From NCBI GenBank assembly GCA_964016885.1, contig OZ024743.1:364312001-364376000 (forward strand): a stretch of 64,000 nucleotides of DNA. The letters run 5' to 3'. The position numbers and the translations under genes are program-made. The notes under the pieces were generated by a model, which saw only the letters and a program-made list of their open reading frames with translations, made no database searches and was not told where the DNA came from. Below, in pieces: positions 40,631-53,492 of the stretch; the first letter of the stretch is position 1; each line of letters begins with the position of its first letter. This DNA is from Eledone cirrhosa. Lineage: Eukaryota.

Positions 40631-42770
40631 GTGGCGCCTGTAAGGTATTATCAGCCATTTAAAAGAACCATTGAGAGTGTATTTAATAGTACTAGGGTTA
40701 GATCCCCTAATTACACTGTCAAGAAACAGTCTGGTCGTTGTGACTCTGCTGGTTTAGAGCCACAGGGAGGGCCAGTGGATAATGGATGGGCTGTCTCTGA
40801 GACACAACATAAAAATATAAAGAATACAGTTTTATTCTGCAGAAGAGCCATTAAAATCGGCACTCTGAATGTGCTGGAGAACAGAGAGGAGTTGAGTTAT
40901 CTGTTCGAGGAGAGTGGTATGCAGATCCTTGCGATCCAAGAACACAGGATCCTACATGATGAGGCCGTGAAGAGAATGATGATTGGAAAGAGGAGCCAGC
41001 TCATTACTACATCAGCAGTGAAGAACACAGCTAATGCTGCAGTAGGAGGAGTGAGTTTTGTGTTGAGTACAAGAGCCAATCTATTAGTGAGAGAGATCAT
41101 ACCTGTCTCCCCGCGAGTGTTGAGGGTGACTTTCATTGGAAACCCAAGGTTGACAATCATCTCAACCGAGGGGGACAGTGATGTGAGTGCAGATGAGTTC
41201 CATGAGGAAGTGTATAGAGCTGTCAACACCACACGAGCTCATAACATCCTGCTTGTTCTGGATGACTTCAATGCACATCTGAGTAATGAAGATCCTTGCT
41301 GGTACTTCCATAACAACTTCAACCGAAACGGGAGACTACTGAGGGACACCCTGCTGGAGGCGAACTTGATGGCAACCAACATCAATTTTAGGAAGAATCC
41401 GGGGAAGATATGGACCTGCATCTCTGATATGCACCTGTCTAAGTCCCATATTGATTTCATTCTAGTGAGGAAGAAGTGGCAGAATAGTGTTCTGAACACA
41501 GAACCTTACAATTATTTCAGTACACTGGGCAGTGACAACCGTCTTCTTATGGGCGAGGTCCTAGTGAGCTTAAGAAAGAGTAAGGCTCAGTCCCGGAGAG
41601 CGATCTATGACTGGGGAGTTTTCAAGGAAGAGGATAAGCTAAAGTAGAGGTTCACAATAGAAGTGGGGAACAGCTTCAGTGCTCTGTGTGGAGAGGCCGA
41701 AGAGAGAGAGATTGGAGGGACTGGGGAGAGTGTGACGAGGAGGTACGGTTACTTCACCGCTGCAGTGGCAGAAAGCAGAAGAAAGTGAGGCATTGGTACC
41801 GAGGAAAGAGAGGAAGAGGAAGAATGTCAGCTCTGCAGACCCAAAAGTATGTGCACCTGAAAGCTGCCAAGGACCAACTCCATGCTGATCCTACGGAGGA
41901 GAGGAAGGAGAATGTGGAGATGATGAAGGAAGAACTCTGTACTGCTTACACTGAGGCCAGAGAGGAGACACTGATAGAGAAGATCAGAAGTGTGGAGAGA
42001 GCGGTTGACAGGTCTAAGTGTAAAGAGAGCTGGACGATCATCAATGAGATCACAGGGAGGAAGAGAGTCAGTTCCAGAGAACAGGGCCCGAGGATAGGAA
42101 GAAGAAATGGCTGGACCATTTTAAGGACTACTAGGAGAGTCGCCTTTCACAGCCCAAAATACTGGGGAGATCAGACAGCTGTTTTAGGAACTGGATATTG
42201 AGAGAAGACCCTTTGCCAGAGAGGAGCTTCAGAGAGCCAAGAAGAAGATCAAGGAAGGCAAGGCCCATGGAGAAGATGGAGTGGCATCAGAGGTGGTGAA
42301 GAGGTGTGATTTTGATGATATCATCCTGGAGTTCTGTAACCAGGCACTGGAGAAAGGAGTTGCCTCGGACCAGTGGAGGATCAGTAACATCGTTTCAGTG
42401 CCAAAGAAGGGAGATCTCTCTAACACCAACAACTTCGTGGGGATTTCACTGACGTCACTTGTGGCAAAGACCCTCAAAATGATGATTCTTAACAGGATCC
42501 TGCTCGAGATGCAGAAGAAGCTCAGGGACAACCCGAATGGCTTCGGAGAAGGAAGATCAATCACCAGTCACATTCTGATGCTAAGAAGAATTTTAGAAGG
42601 AGCTAGAGCAAAGAGCCTTCCTGCTGTCATGGTTTTCATTGACTTCAGGAAGGCCTTTGATTCTGTAGAGCGCCAGTGCTTGATTAAGATCTTACAGGCT
42701 TATGGAATCCCCAAGAAGACAGTGGACCTGATATCACTGCTCTACACCAACACCAGAGCCCAAGTTCTGT
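40631..42770 (+). mobile_element. RTE-clade LINE, APE endonuclease and 5' half of RT, degenerate
   Basis: IGTLNV, LAIQEH, DDFNA, IDFIL, SD; VPKKGD, FIDFRKAFDSV, ends at YTNTRAQVL. Confidence 0.9.
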
Positions 42771-42774
42771 TCGC

Positions 42775-43430
42775 TAACAAGGTGGACACTCTATCACAAT
42801 TAATATGGTCTTTAAAGGACAATAATATTAAATACTCCATCTCTTGGACCAAATTAAAGAATGCTACCCCCTATCGGAACTCAACTATTTCGCAAAATTG
42901 CAATCTTTGTAACCTTGAGAGTCTACAGATAGTTACAAGTTATGACAATTTAATCAACAAAAAATGAATTATTTAGTAGTTGTCACCATCAAATTGGTAA
43001 AACTTTCCAGGCAATGTACAAGTTTTCGAAAAAATATTGACAATTAATAATTTAATATATATATATAAGTGTTTGCCTTATTGTAGTAATAATGTATTGA
43101 TATTTATATGTTTAGAATAATCTCATTAAGAGTCTCGTTATCCTATGTTTTGATTAGGACAGTTCAATATGTAACTAGACATCATTTATGATATATACAA
43201 TAGATGATTTACGGTTTTCGAAATATCGCGGAACGTGAGAGTAGAGATATGTTATAAATGTTTGTATATGGTGAATGAGTTATCTTCCTTTTGTTTACAT
43301 TGTCCGTAAAAATTTCCTTTCTTTTTGACTAGCTTGCTAAATTATATTAGATATGAAATATGTAGACTAATAATATATAGACTATCATTAAAAGGAAACT
43401 ATATATCAAAATAAGTAAATACAGAAGTAA
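42775..43430 (+). mobile_element. PLE 3' end (GIY-YIG C-terminus and UTR)
   Basis: TLSQLIWSLK...CNLCNLE...LINKK. Confidence 0.7.
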
Positions 43431-43448
43431 ATATAACTTATCATTAAT

Positions 43449-43632
43449 GGATTGGCAGTATCGGTAGAGGGTTGGACGCCATGCTTTGACGTATAGAGTT
43501 ACGGCCCTTGCCATTCTGAGTTCAAATCCCGCCGAGGTTAACTTTGCCTTTCATCCTTACGGGGTCGATAAAATAAAGTACCAATAATGCACTGGGTAAT
43601 TGCTGGCCTTGTCCAAACGTAGAAACAATTAA
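43449..43632 (+). mobile_element. Same SINE family
   Basis: Sequence match to the 12975 copy. Confidence 0.85.
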
Positions 43633-43789
43633 TTAATGTAACAACTTTTGAGAGTAAATGTAACTGCAGTTTAATCCTAGGAATTAAATGAAAATTAAAG
43701 AATAGTAAGATTTTATAAAGAGAATATCATAATTAAATTAAATAATTTGGGTAATAAATGATCTAAATATATTATATATGCATGGTATT

Positions 43790-43958
43790 ATTGGCAGTAT
43801 CGGTAGAGGGTCGGACGCCATGCTTTCCAGCATAGTTACATCCCTTTACGATCTGAGTTCAAATCCCGCCGAGGTTGACTTTGCCTTTCATCCTTACGGG
43901 GTCGATAAAATAAAGTACCAGGTAATTGCTGGCCTTGTGCCTAAAGTAGAAACAATTA
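43790..43958 (+). mobile_element. Same SINE family
   Basis: Sequence match with a small internal deletion. Confidence 0.85.
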
Positions 43959-44475
43959 TATTTTAATACATATTTAATAATTATTTAAATACGCTTTAAA
44001 GATTAATTCTTTTAAAGTTGTAACAAAATATTTATAGAATATCTTACCTTAAAATTAAAAATAATAATCTATAATGAATTAAATTAAATTATATAAATTT
44101 TTAATTAAACTATACATGTGATTGCTATAGAAAGTAATCTATACTGATTAATTTTGGTTTAATATATAAGTATAATTAGCTAAAGGATAATCAAATACAA
44201 AAGATATTCAATTGATTATGTGAATTGATTGGACGTCCTATTTGATCTAGCATTTGAAAACAACGGTTTTTTTTTCTTTATCCCCCTCTATTTGATGTTC
44301 CCTTATTTTTCTTTATTTTCTTTAAACCACCACCACCACCACCCACCACCACCCTGTTCCCTTTACTTTCCCCACACCTTTCCTCTTTTGTCGTTATTCC
44401 TCTTTTCTTTTTTATATATTTCTTTTACTCATTCATCTATTTATTTTTTATTCATTTATCTATTTATGTATCTAT

Positions 44476-45250
44476 CTAAGGCGGGTAAAATTCCCGAGAT
44501 CCATGGACGAGTTCTCTCCAGCGGTCTCTGTCCCTCATTATCGCTGCCATATCCTGCATCTCCAACAGACCAGTGTCTGTCCTTAGGGCATCAACATATG
44601 TTAACCTTGGTCTTCCTCTTCTAGTGTGTCCATGTCGGGGCTCCCAAAGGAGCACTGAGTGCAATGTCAACTCTGGATGTCGGTGAGCATGTCCAGCCAA
44701 CCTCAGTCTCCTCTGTGTCACTTTTGAGCTGACTTTTGGGATGCTCCCATACAGCTCTGAGTTTTTCATCCTCAGTGTATACTGATTAATGTTCAGAGCC
44801 ATCCTCAGCATTCTCGTGTAGCACCCATCCACCATCTGAGTGAGTCTCTTGGTCAGTGTCCAAGTCTCAGACCCATACAGCAGCACAGACTCCACTACAG
44901 CAATGAAGAGGCGGATTTTCAGGTCTCTACGAAGGTCCGACTTCCACACCGATCTCAAGCTGTGACATGCCGCCCAGGCCTTGCTCTTCCTCTCAACCAC
45001 ATCATCTTCCGTATTCCCAATCTTTGCTCCCAAATACAGGAAGTCCTCAACCAATTCCAGCGGCTTCCCGCCTACATTAGTGATCCCCTCTGGCTTCTCA
45101 ACATTCTCTACCAGATATTTTGTTTTAGTCTCATTCATTCTCAGCCCCACACTCATCGACACAGTCTCAACCTCCCGCATCAAATCCTCTGCCTCCCTCA
45201 CTGTATTTGTCACCAAAACTATGTCGTCGGCAAATTCAGCATCCGATACC
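44476..45250 (-). mobile_element. 5'-truncated RTE LINE, same family as 39555-40462
   Basis: ORF 44476..45216 closely matches the 39555 ORF; TAGA/TAAA tail. Confidence 0.9.
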
Positions 45251-45462
45251 TTATTTATGTATGTATTTATTTATTGTTTTTTTCTTGCCTTTCCTCTTCT
45301 TCACACCCTCTCTCATATCTCTAATTTGCTCTACTTCCTTTTCTTCTTTAAGTTTATCATATTATTTGTGGTATATAAACATTGAGATTTGATGAAATAA
45401 ATCACTGCCAATACTGGAATTGAACAATCAAGACCGTAGCGGTATGTCATATATCAAATCAT

Positions 45463-45530
45463 ATATTTTGTCTGATGAGGACGTACTGAAAAAACAACAC
45501 AGTACCTCTGAAATATATATAATAAAATAT
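45463..45530 (+). ncRNA. Hammerhead ribozyme with a 9-bp stem I
   Basis: atattttgt CTGATGA gga-c-gtactg..cagtac-c-tct GAAA tatata TA ataaaatat. Confidence 0.85.
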
Positions 45531-45690
45531 ATATTTTGATTATGAGAATATTTTTCGTTTGTTAATATTTTGAATAATATTAAAAACTCCAGGAAAACGC
45601 TAATGTTGAGTGCTTCTAATCTATTGTAAAATTGTATTCATTGAGTATTCAACGAACCATACTAATCGTTGGTTATATATATATATATAT

Positions 45691-46212
45691 ATATATATTA
45701 ATAAAAGATCGGGAGCCATAGTCAGTTTATTCAGGTTTATTTAAAACACCATTATACATATTTCACTAAGGACTATCAGTAATGATAGCCTGAGCTTTTC
45801 AGACGGCAAAACCTAAAATAAACATAGAAAGTTCCTAAGAAACCTTTAAATTTCGAAAAATCATACGCCCGTCGAAGAAACACCACGCGTTCAGCCAGCC
45901 CCTTGTATCATGAAAAGAAAATCTTTTTTCGGGAAAATTATTAGATTTTTCCAAATTTAAAGGTTTTTTTAGGAACTTTCTATGTTTATTTTAGGTTTTG
46001 TCGGCTGAAGAGCTCAGATTATCATAATTGATAGTCCTCAGTGAAATATGTATTATGGAGTTTTAAATAAACCTGAATCAACTGAATATGGCCTCCGATC
46101 TTTTATTAATATATAATGCTCCGTCTTGTACCATTTATACAAGTCGTTGAGCGCTTCACAACCGACAGACAATGGGTGATCCGCACATCCCTGTTCTATT
46201 AACCTCTTACTA
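45691..46212. mobile_element. Fold-back PLE terminus (HHR family I)
   Basis: Arms ~45691-45865 / 45945-46114, tail 46115-46212. Confidence 0.8.
46000..46059 (+). ncRNA. Hammerhead motif (family I); mirror copy at 45748-45807
   Basis: CTGAAGA gct-c-ag...ct-c-agt GAAA tatgta T; stem I gccgt/atggt is best seen in the mirror copy. Confidence 0.65.
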
Positions 46213-46219
46213 GATATAT

Positions 46220-47290
46220 ATATTGTTATACTTTGGGAGGGTCATGCTGCCAATAAAAACACACGCTTTTGTTGGTTTCACTTCAATTTATTATAAATTC
46301 CCAGTTGGTTGTTTGGCTGTTTGTTTGTTTGGCTGGTTGGTTGGTTGGTTGGTTCGATAACCGGAAGGTTGTTTATATATTGTCAAAGCTCTTTCGTCAC
46401 GCATTCTGTGACCTCCTCAGTGACTAGGTTTTTATTTTGTGTCTCTCCTTTGTTCTGTCCTACACCATCTTGTTTTTGTGTGTTATGTGTTGTATGCTAA
46501 GTTTGCGCATGCGTTACATCCGTGTGTGTGGGTGTGTTTATTTTTTTTATTTATATGTTTATTTACTTGTCACTAGCTGGTTGTTTGTTCTATCTGTGTG
46601 TGTCAGATTTGTTTTATTAGTTTGGTTTTTGTGCGTGACTGTATGTCTTCATGTTGTCCTTAATTACTAGTTGTGATGTTGCTGTTCCACTCATGTTTTC
46701 TATTTAATTTTGGTTGGAGTTTGTTTATATTTGTCACCTCTGTGACTTGTCTGAGCATTGCATCTTTTCTGTGTGTGGATATAATTGTTATCTCTATGTT
46801 CTCTAATGTGCCCCTATGTTCTATTTTGGCATGTTGGTGGAGTACTGATGAGTTTTTCCTATCCCGGAGTTCTCGCCAGTATTCACATATCCTTTTTCTT
46901 ATGTTACAGACTGTTTCATCTATGTATGTTATATTCTTATTCCTACACTATCTCTCAGTACATCTTATGCTATATATTACATTCCTAGTTTTTCAGTTAA
47001 TTTGCAGGTTTAGCTTGCAGACTATGCATTTCCTATCAGCACAGGGAGATCTTTGAAATGGGTTTGTTTTGCTAATTAGGGTTTTTATGGGAATACCTGG
47101 TCTTTCAATTATCTTAATATTTAATTTGAGCTTGACTAGGGCCCTTCTAAATCTGTAAGCTAGTTCGCCTTTAGGGGTTGTATTGACGAACATTACACTG
47201 GTATTTATTGCTATCATACCATGATTTTATTTTATTTGTCTTATTCCTAATCCTTTCTATTCTGTTCAAAAATTTGCTCATATGTATGGG
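46220..47290 (-). mobile_element. PLE 3' end (linker C-x4-C-x2-C, GIY-YIG, pLTR with HHR); parent family of the 2626-3245 and 6161-6783 repeats
   Basis: IERPG...NPFQRSPCADRKCIVC; LRQVTE...LQPKLNRKHEW; shared pLTR sequence. Confidence 0.8.
46382..46424 (-). ncRNA. Minimal hammerhead ribozyme (family D)
   Basis: gtca CTGAGGA g gtcac..gtgac GAAA gagc TT tgac. Confidence 0.75.
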
Positions 47291-47294
47291 GTAA

Positions 47295-47392
47295 GTCCCA
47301 TTTGCATCATTTTCTTGATTTGTATTGAGGCAGTTACTAACATATCCCAGTGCCCCAATAATCACAGGCATAAATCTGAAGGTTTAGTCAGG
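47295..47392 (-). mobile_element. Short R4/NeSL-like RLE fragment
   Basis: FRFMPVIIGALGYV motif. Confidence 0.45.
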
Positions 47393-47848
47393 GTATGTAT
47401 GTATGTATGTATGTATGTATGTATGTATGTATGTATGTATGTATGTATGTATGCATGTATGCATGCATGTATGTATGCATGCATGCATGTATGCATGTAT
47501 GTATGTATGTATGGATGTATGTATGTATGCATGTATGCATGCATGTATGTATGTATGTATGTATGTATGTATGTATGTATGCATGCATGCATGCATGCAT
47601 GCATGTATGTATGCATGCATGCATGTATGTATGTATGCATGCATGCATGCATGTATGTATGTATGTATGTATGCATGCATGTATGTATGTATGTATGTAT
47701 GCATGCATGTATGTATGTATGTATGTATGCATGCATGTATGTATGTATGTATGTATGTATGTATGTATGTATGTATGCATGCATGTATGTATGTATGTAT
47801 GTATGTATGTATGTATGCATGTATGTATGTATGCATGTATGTATGTAT
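47393..47848. repeat. Compound (TATG)/(CATG) tetranucleotide microsatellite
   Basis: Direct inspection. Confidence 0.95.
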
Positions 47849-48236
47849 GGATACAGGATGACATTTCCTGTTGTTCTGTACGATTCAGTCTTCATGTTTT
47901 TTTTATTTTTTCATTTTATTTTTTATTGATGTTTCTTTTATAAATCATTTATGTTTTCATCATTATTTTTACAATTGTATTTATGTCCTAAATTTTGGAA
48001 ATTTATTATTATTGAGGTCAGGTTAGGAAGGGCATCCATCTGTAAAAAAAACAGCTAAAATACAGTTCTGTTTAAACAAGGGACAGCACGACCAACAGGC
48101 CTGACTTGCCTCATAACGTGAACAACCTATCTGACCCATGCAAGCATGGCAAATACGATGGTGATGGTGATGATGATATATATATATATATATGTGTGTA
48201 TATATATATATATATATGTGTGTATATATATATATA

Positions 48237-48280
<44 letters not shown>

Positions 48281-49651
48281 CATACAAGGTCTGTTAAAAA
48301 ATTGTCCACGACATAGCACATTCTGACTTCTTAATGTCCCCAAAAATGAAGATTTCACTGACAGACCCCTGCCTGGAGAGCCGAGAAAACATCATGTGGA
48401 CTGTGATGGCAGGGTTGAAAGCCATTCCAGATATGTTTCAAACAGTGAAAGGCTCACAAGGTAAAGTGCGTGTAGACACAAGAAACCAACTTCAAAGTGG
48501 ATTAGCAATTGAACTCGACCGAGTGTATTTTTTCCCAGCCTAAATTCGGATACTTTTTAAGCAGACTTCATATATGTATGTATGTGTCTGAGTACATATG
48601 TGTGCATATTCACATACGTGTGTGTGTGTGTTTGTGTAGGTTTAGACATGGTTCTTTAGTTAAGGAGTTTTGCAACCACATGGCTTCAGGTTCAGTCTTA
48701 CTGCATGGCACCTTAGGCAAGAGCCTTTTACTACAGCCTTGTATTGACCAATGATTTCATCATCTTCATCATCATCATTTTTAATGAAATTTGGTAGGTG
48801 AAAACTGTAGAAGCCCTTTGTGTGTGTCAATGTCCATAACAGTTCAATGAAATGAGATAAATAAAATATGTTCCAGACTTGAAAAATAAGTACTGAGAGC
48901 AATGTGAATTTCATTCTTCTCTTTTGTATGTATTCTACAGCATATGTACGTCCAGCTTTTAGCACATTTCGGCTCCATTATTCATGCAGACCATAATCAC
49001 TGACTTTATTTCTAGCTTCCACATATCCTTCATGTTCAACGGTACCTATGTTACACTATCATGCAGCATTGAACTTTCATTTATAGAGAAGCTCTTTGCT
49101 GTCAACAGAGGTAATAGTTCACTTCCACTAACAATTACATCCCTTTTAATTAACTATTAACTACTTCTTACATGTCTTCTGAGTAATTGAAAAAATTCAC
49201 TTCCTGGTTGATTTACTACTCCTAAGTATCCGTTACAAATGAAATCCTTCTTTGTCAGCCAGCCTGAGATTCTACTATACATTCTGTATACTAACTGGAT
49301 ATACAGTATAGAGTTTCTGCCAACTTGATTTCTCAATATCAAGCATAGCCACTTCCTTGTTGATAACATATACAACAGTGTATGTTTAAATTGACAGAGA
49401 CAGATTAAAGTTTTCAGACATAAGAACCCAAAAACTTTCATTCAAACTATTACACTTGACTGCATGTTAATATAAGTACTAATACTGTTGGACAACTGAA
49501 TACTTAATCTTTGGAATTGATTTTCAAACTGAAGTTAAGTCATAAAAATTGTAAAAAATAGTTTGTTTGTCCTTGTGTTTTATTAGAGAAGACATTGTGA
49601 ATGGAAGTATCAACTAATTTAAACACTTTCTGTTGAATGAACTAATTTTAA

Positions 49652-49815
49652 CCCTTTAGCATTCACATTACTCTATATATACTATTGTATTTTCATGGTA
49701 AAGGCTTTACCTCACATAATATCGAATCTATGAGATTTTGAAAGTATTTATTTTGAGAACAATACCTTAACATCAGTTTGAGCGACCAGTTACAGACAGT
49801 TTGAACATTAAAGGG
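49652..49815. mobile_element. piggyBac-type MITE
   Basis: TTAA|ccctttagcattca ... tgaacattaaaggg|TTAA. Confidence 0.7.
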
Positions 49816-49966
49816 TTAAGTGAATAAATGTTTTTACTTTCAATACATGATGTGTTCTAAGATCGTTTCCTATTTTTCATATTATAAGCAAACCTCGTTA
49901 ATGTCAAGAAAACTAGGATGTTAATTAGTGTAGCTTAGATTACAGGATCTCATGAGTCCTTCCTTC

Positions 49967-50510
49967 TTGTTGTTTAACCCTGAGCCAAACCTCATTTACA
50001 GACCTATGATCAAAAAGATTCCAGCTTCGTCAACAGTGTATCTAGAACTATATCATCTAATGTCCTTCTTTCTTGTTGTTGTTTAGCCCCAAGTCAACTT
50101 TGATACAACAGATCTATGATCAAAAGTCTTCCAGCCATACCCTTCCCATATTTTGAGTGTATCTAGAGTGCATCTAGGAAACTAATCATCTAATGTACCT
50201 TTCCTTTTTGTTGTTTGGTCTCAGGTCAGCCCCAAACATATTTATGGTCAAATATGTTCTAGTCATGACCCCCCCCTCCCCCACATACAGTCTTATTCAA
50301 ATTGTGTATCTAAGACAACATTGTATCCTTTTTTTTTTCAGGTAAGTAAGGTGTGATTTCAAAGAGATTTGATAACTATTTCTAGCAGTTTGAGCAAACA
50401 TGTAGAGGCTCACTTGTTGACTTGTATATTAAATTGTTGCTGTTTAGCCCCAGATCAACCCTGATCAAATAGAAGTATGATTAAAAGCATTCCAGCTGTG
50501 GCTATACTAT
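49967..50510 (-). repeat. Four diverged tandem copies of a ~110 bp retroposon-like 3' end
   Basis: ttgttgtttagccc...cctatgatcaaaa...ttccagc at ~49967, 50075, 50208 and 50435. Confidence 0.7.
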
Positions 50511-51496
50511 CTTCCTATATGAAGGGAAGTCAGGATCAAACTAAATCAATAATAATTTTTTATACTTTTTTCCATTATTCATTAATATTTTACCTAATTA
50601 AGGTAGAACTTATAACTCTATTAGAACTCATTGTTGTATAGATATAAATATGTCATGGAAGCAAAGCGAAATTTGTTTGGGGTGAAAAGTGGTATCTTAT
50701 TACATGTTGAGTATTCACAAACTACAGTCAGATATATAAAGCTGATCAATGAAAACAAATAAGACGAGGTTTAATAGTTAATCCAATGTTTTATGATCAG
50801 TTCAAAGGGCAAAATGAACAAGGATATCATCAATATATTGACTAATCAATAACAGTTATACAACTCCAATGTATTAGCCTTGATAAAATACATCCATTCT
50901 ACCATACATCCTCAGAAACAATGGTTCAAAAAATTTTATTGAAAAGATAGAAAAATACAGGTTAAATGACATGGGGATATCCAGGCTACAAGGAAGAAGC
51001 CAATTGGAGAGAGAAACAAAATTTTTAAGTAATAAGGAAAATAAAAAGACAGATATATAAAATTAATAAAACCTTACACATACACCTTTATACCAACACA
51101 TTCATATATTCATTTATGGTCAGAAATCAGACAAAGTCACCAGCTATTTCTTGATAACAATTCTCCTTTAAAAGTTCATTGTGTTGAAATTAGGTCAAAT
51201 TTGTAACAGAATGACCACATCAAATATCTCACACATATTCACATCTAAACATACATAAAAATGTGTGTATACTATACACACACTTTAGTACATGTGTATA
51301 CATACACCCACAAAAACGCGTACATACAGACTTAAATACATTCACCTGTAAAGTTGTACATATATACAACCATATATATATGTACAAATATATATATATA
51401 TACTCACACATGCATATACACATATATATACACATGCATATACACACATATATATATACACACACATATATATACACATGCATATACACACACACA

Positions 51497-51574
<78 letters not shown>

Positions 51575-51731
51575 CGCATGCATATACACATACACACACA
51601 TATATACACATATATATATATACTTATTTCCATTAAAGAATGAGATTGTGAAGACAGTAAATTTATATATTCATTTATTTATTTCCTGCCACCGCACTCT
51701 CAATTTAAATATATTCATTAAAGAAATACAA

Positions 51732-51869
51732 TTAATATATGAACTTTGAGCCAAATATATCTAGATGGCCGAAGGCATTTGTCCCACCTCCATTTCCACT
51801 TCCATCATAGTCAAAATCACCTTTTTTCTTCTTTGCACTTTCCTCTTCACTAATCCGGGAAAATTTCTC
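51732..51869 (-). CDS. USP38: USP38-like terminal exon (EKFSRISEEE...GNGGGTNAFGHLDIFGSKFIY*)
   Basis: ttttcAG acceptor, 138 nt to TAA; Gly-rich C-terminus as recalled for USP35/38; AATAAA about 55 nt downstream on the minus strand. Confidence 0.8.
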   Translation of the reverse strand, partial: EKFSRISEEESAKKKKGDFDYDGSGNGGGTNAFGHLDIFGSKFIY

Positions 51870-52109
51870 CTGAAAACATAAATAAAGAAAGAAATAAAGT
51901 AGCAGTGGTGGTGGTGGTAATGATGGCAGCAGCAGTAGTAGTAACAGCAGTAGCCTAGAGGGATTCTTCGTCTATAATTGCTTCAATAATGAAGGTGTTT
52001 GTACTTCTAATCATCTTTTCCTGTTCACCAATTCAAAAACAATTAAATTATATTTTCGCAAACTTTGAACTTACCTGAATATTAAATTAGAACCACAGTT
52101 TATACATAC

Positions 52110-53102
52110 CTTAAAATATATTTCATTATCTTTCATAATCTCATTTTGAAATTTCTCTGGTATAACAGATTTTGCAAGAAGTTCTTCAAGATTATAGCGT
52201 AGTTCTTTAGATTCTAATAGTTCTTTACTAACACGTCTGTACATGAAAAAGTATGGAGTTTTTTCACTGGAAAATTTAAGTGTTTGTGAAGACTTAAATT
52301 CTATTTTATTGACAGATTCATCATTAAACATATACCAACTGTCTTTTAGTAAATCACTTGCATTTGAATAATGCTCATTAAATAAAGCAGAATGTCGTGA
52401 TAATAATGTACAATGGCCAGAATCACTATGATAGCCTGAATGAATTACAATAGAACACAGGACATAATTAATTTCCTCTCCAACATGATTATCACTATTA
52501 AAACATTTCAAACAGATTTCCTTCGGATAATCAACGTGTGTCATAATTTTAGATCGTTTCATATTTTTCCTATTATAAGCAAATCTTGTTAATGTCAAAT
52601 TTAAATATTCCGGAGCTTCTACAAGAAAAACTTGCCGAATGCCATCTTGATAAGTGTCACAGTTCTGGCATTTAAATTGATTATTGACTGTTAATTCTTC
52701 TGCTGTGAAGTAATTTTTTATTAAATCTCTGATATCAAGCTGATTTTTACTTTTCTCATCACATGGTAATGCAAGGACTAAAAATGAAAATTTTTCTTCG
52801 TATTTGGTTTCTGTTTTGCATTTTAAACATAACGTGCAGTTTCTCAGTTTACCGAAAAACGTTTTATCAATTAGAGTTTGTGATGTGTTATCGGGTGTTT
52901 TATTATCATTTTCGTTCTGCTCGTTCTCATCTTTATCAATCAACTGTTTTGATGGCAGAGTTTTGCTGTTATATTTCTTCTCTTCCTCATCAAATACATT
53001 CAGAAAATGTGACAAAAACTCTGCACAATCTTGTTGTTCATATTTAACAAACCATGAGGGATTGGCATATCTATAGAATTCTGACGGATAAAAGGCTGGC
53101 CG
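52110..53102 (-). CDS. USP38: USP38-like large catalytic-domain exon (QQDCAEFL, C-x2-C pairs, His box HSGYHSDSGHC, WYMFNDESV)
   Basis: ORF 52071..53144; ttttcAG|CGG acceptor, AAG|GTATGT donor, 993 nt phase 0/0. Confidence 0.92.
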
Positions 53103-53304
53103 CTGAAAAAAGAAAACACCAAATAATATAAAAAGATCAGTCAAATAAAATTTATGTCTTCTTTCAGTAATTCTTAATGTTTTGGTTTCAAGCGTTGTCT
53201 TAATTTTCTTCTTAAATTTTATTGTCTCCTTTCAATTATTCTTATTCTATTTTCCTTCATTTTTCCCACTGACTCACTCATATACTTCATTATTTCTTCA
53301 CTGA

Positions 53305-53492
53305 GGGCGGTGGATTGGCAGTATCGGTAGAGGGTCGGACGCCATGCTTTCCAGCATAGTTACGTCCCTTTATGATCTGAGTTCAAATCCCGCCGAGGTT
53401 GACTTTGCCTTTCATCCTTACGGGGTCGATAAAATAAAGTACCAGTAATGCACTGGGTAATTGCTGGCCTTGTGCCTAAAGTAGAAACAATT
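53305..53492 (+). mobile_element. Same SINE family in USP intron
   Basis: Full length; flanking attatttcttc repeat resembles a TSD. Confidence 0.88.

Noticed and set aside
42281-42967. ORF appearing to fuse an RTE RT with a GIY-YIG C-terminus
   Set aside because: Chance in-frame junction of two truncated fragments; the RT catalytic motif is absent
53103-53144. Hydrophobic N-terminus MTDLFILFGVFFFQ suggesting a signal peptide or single-exon USP
   Set aside because: Translation of the intron polypyrimidine tract; the Cys box lies in upstream exons
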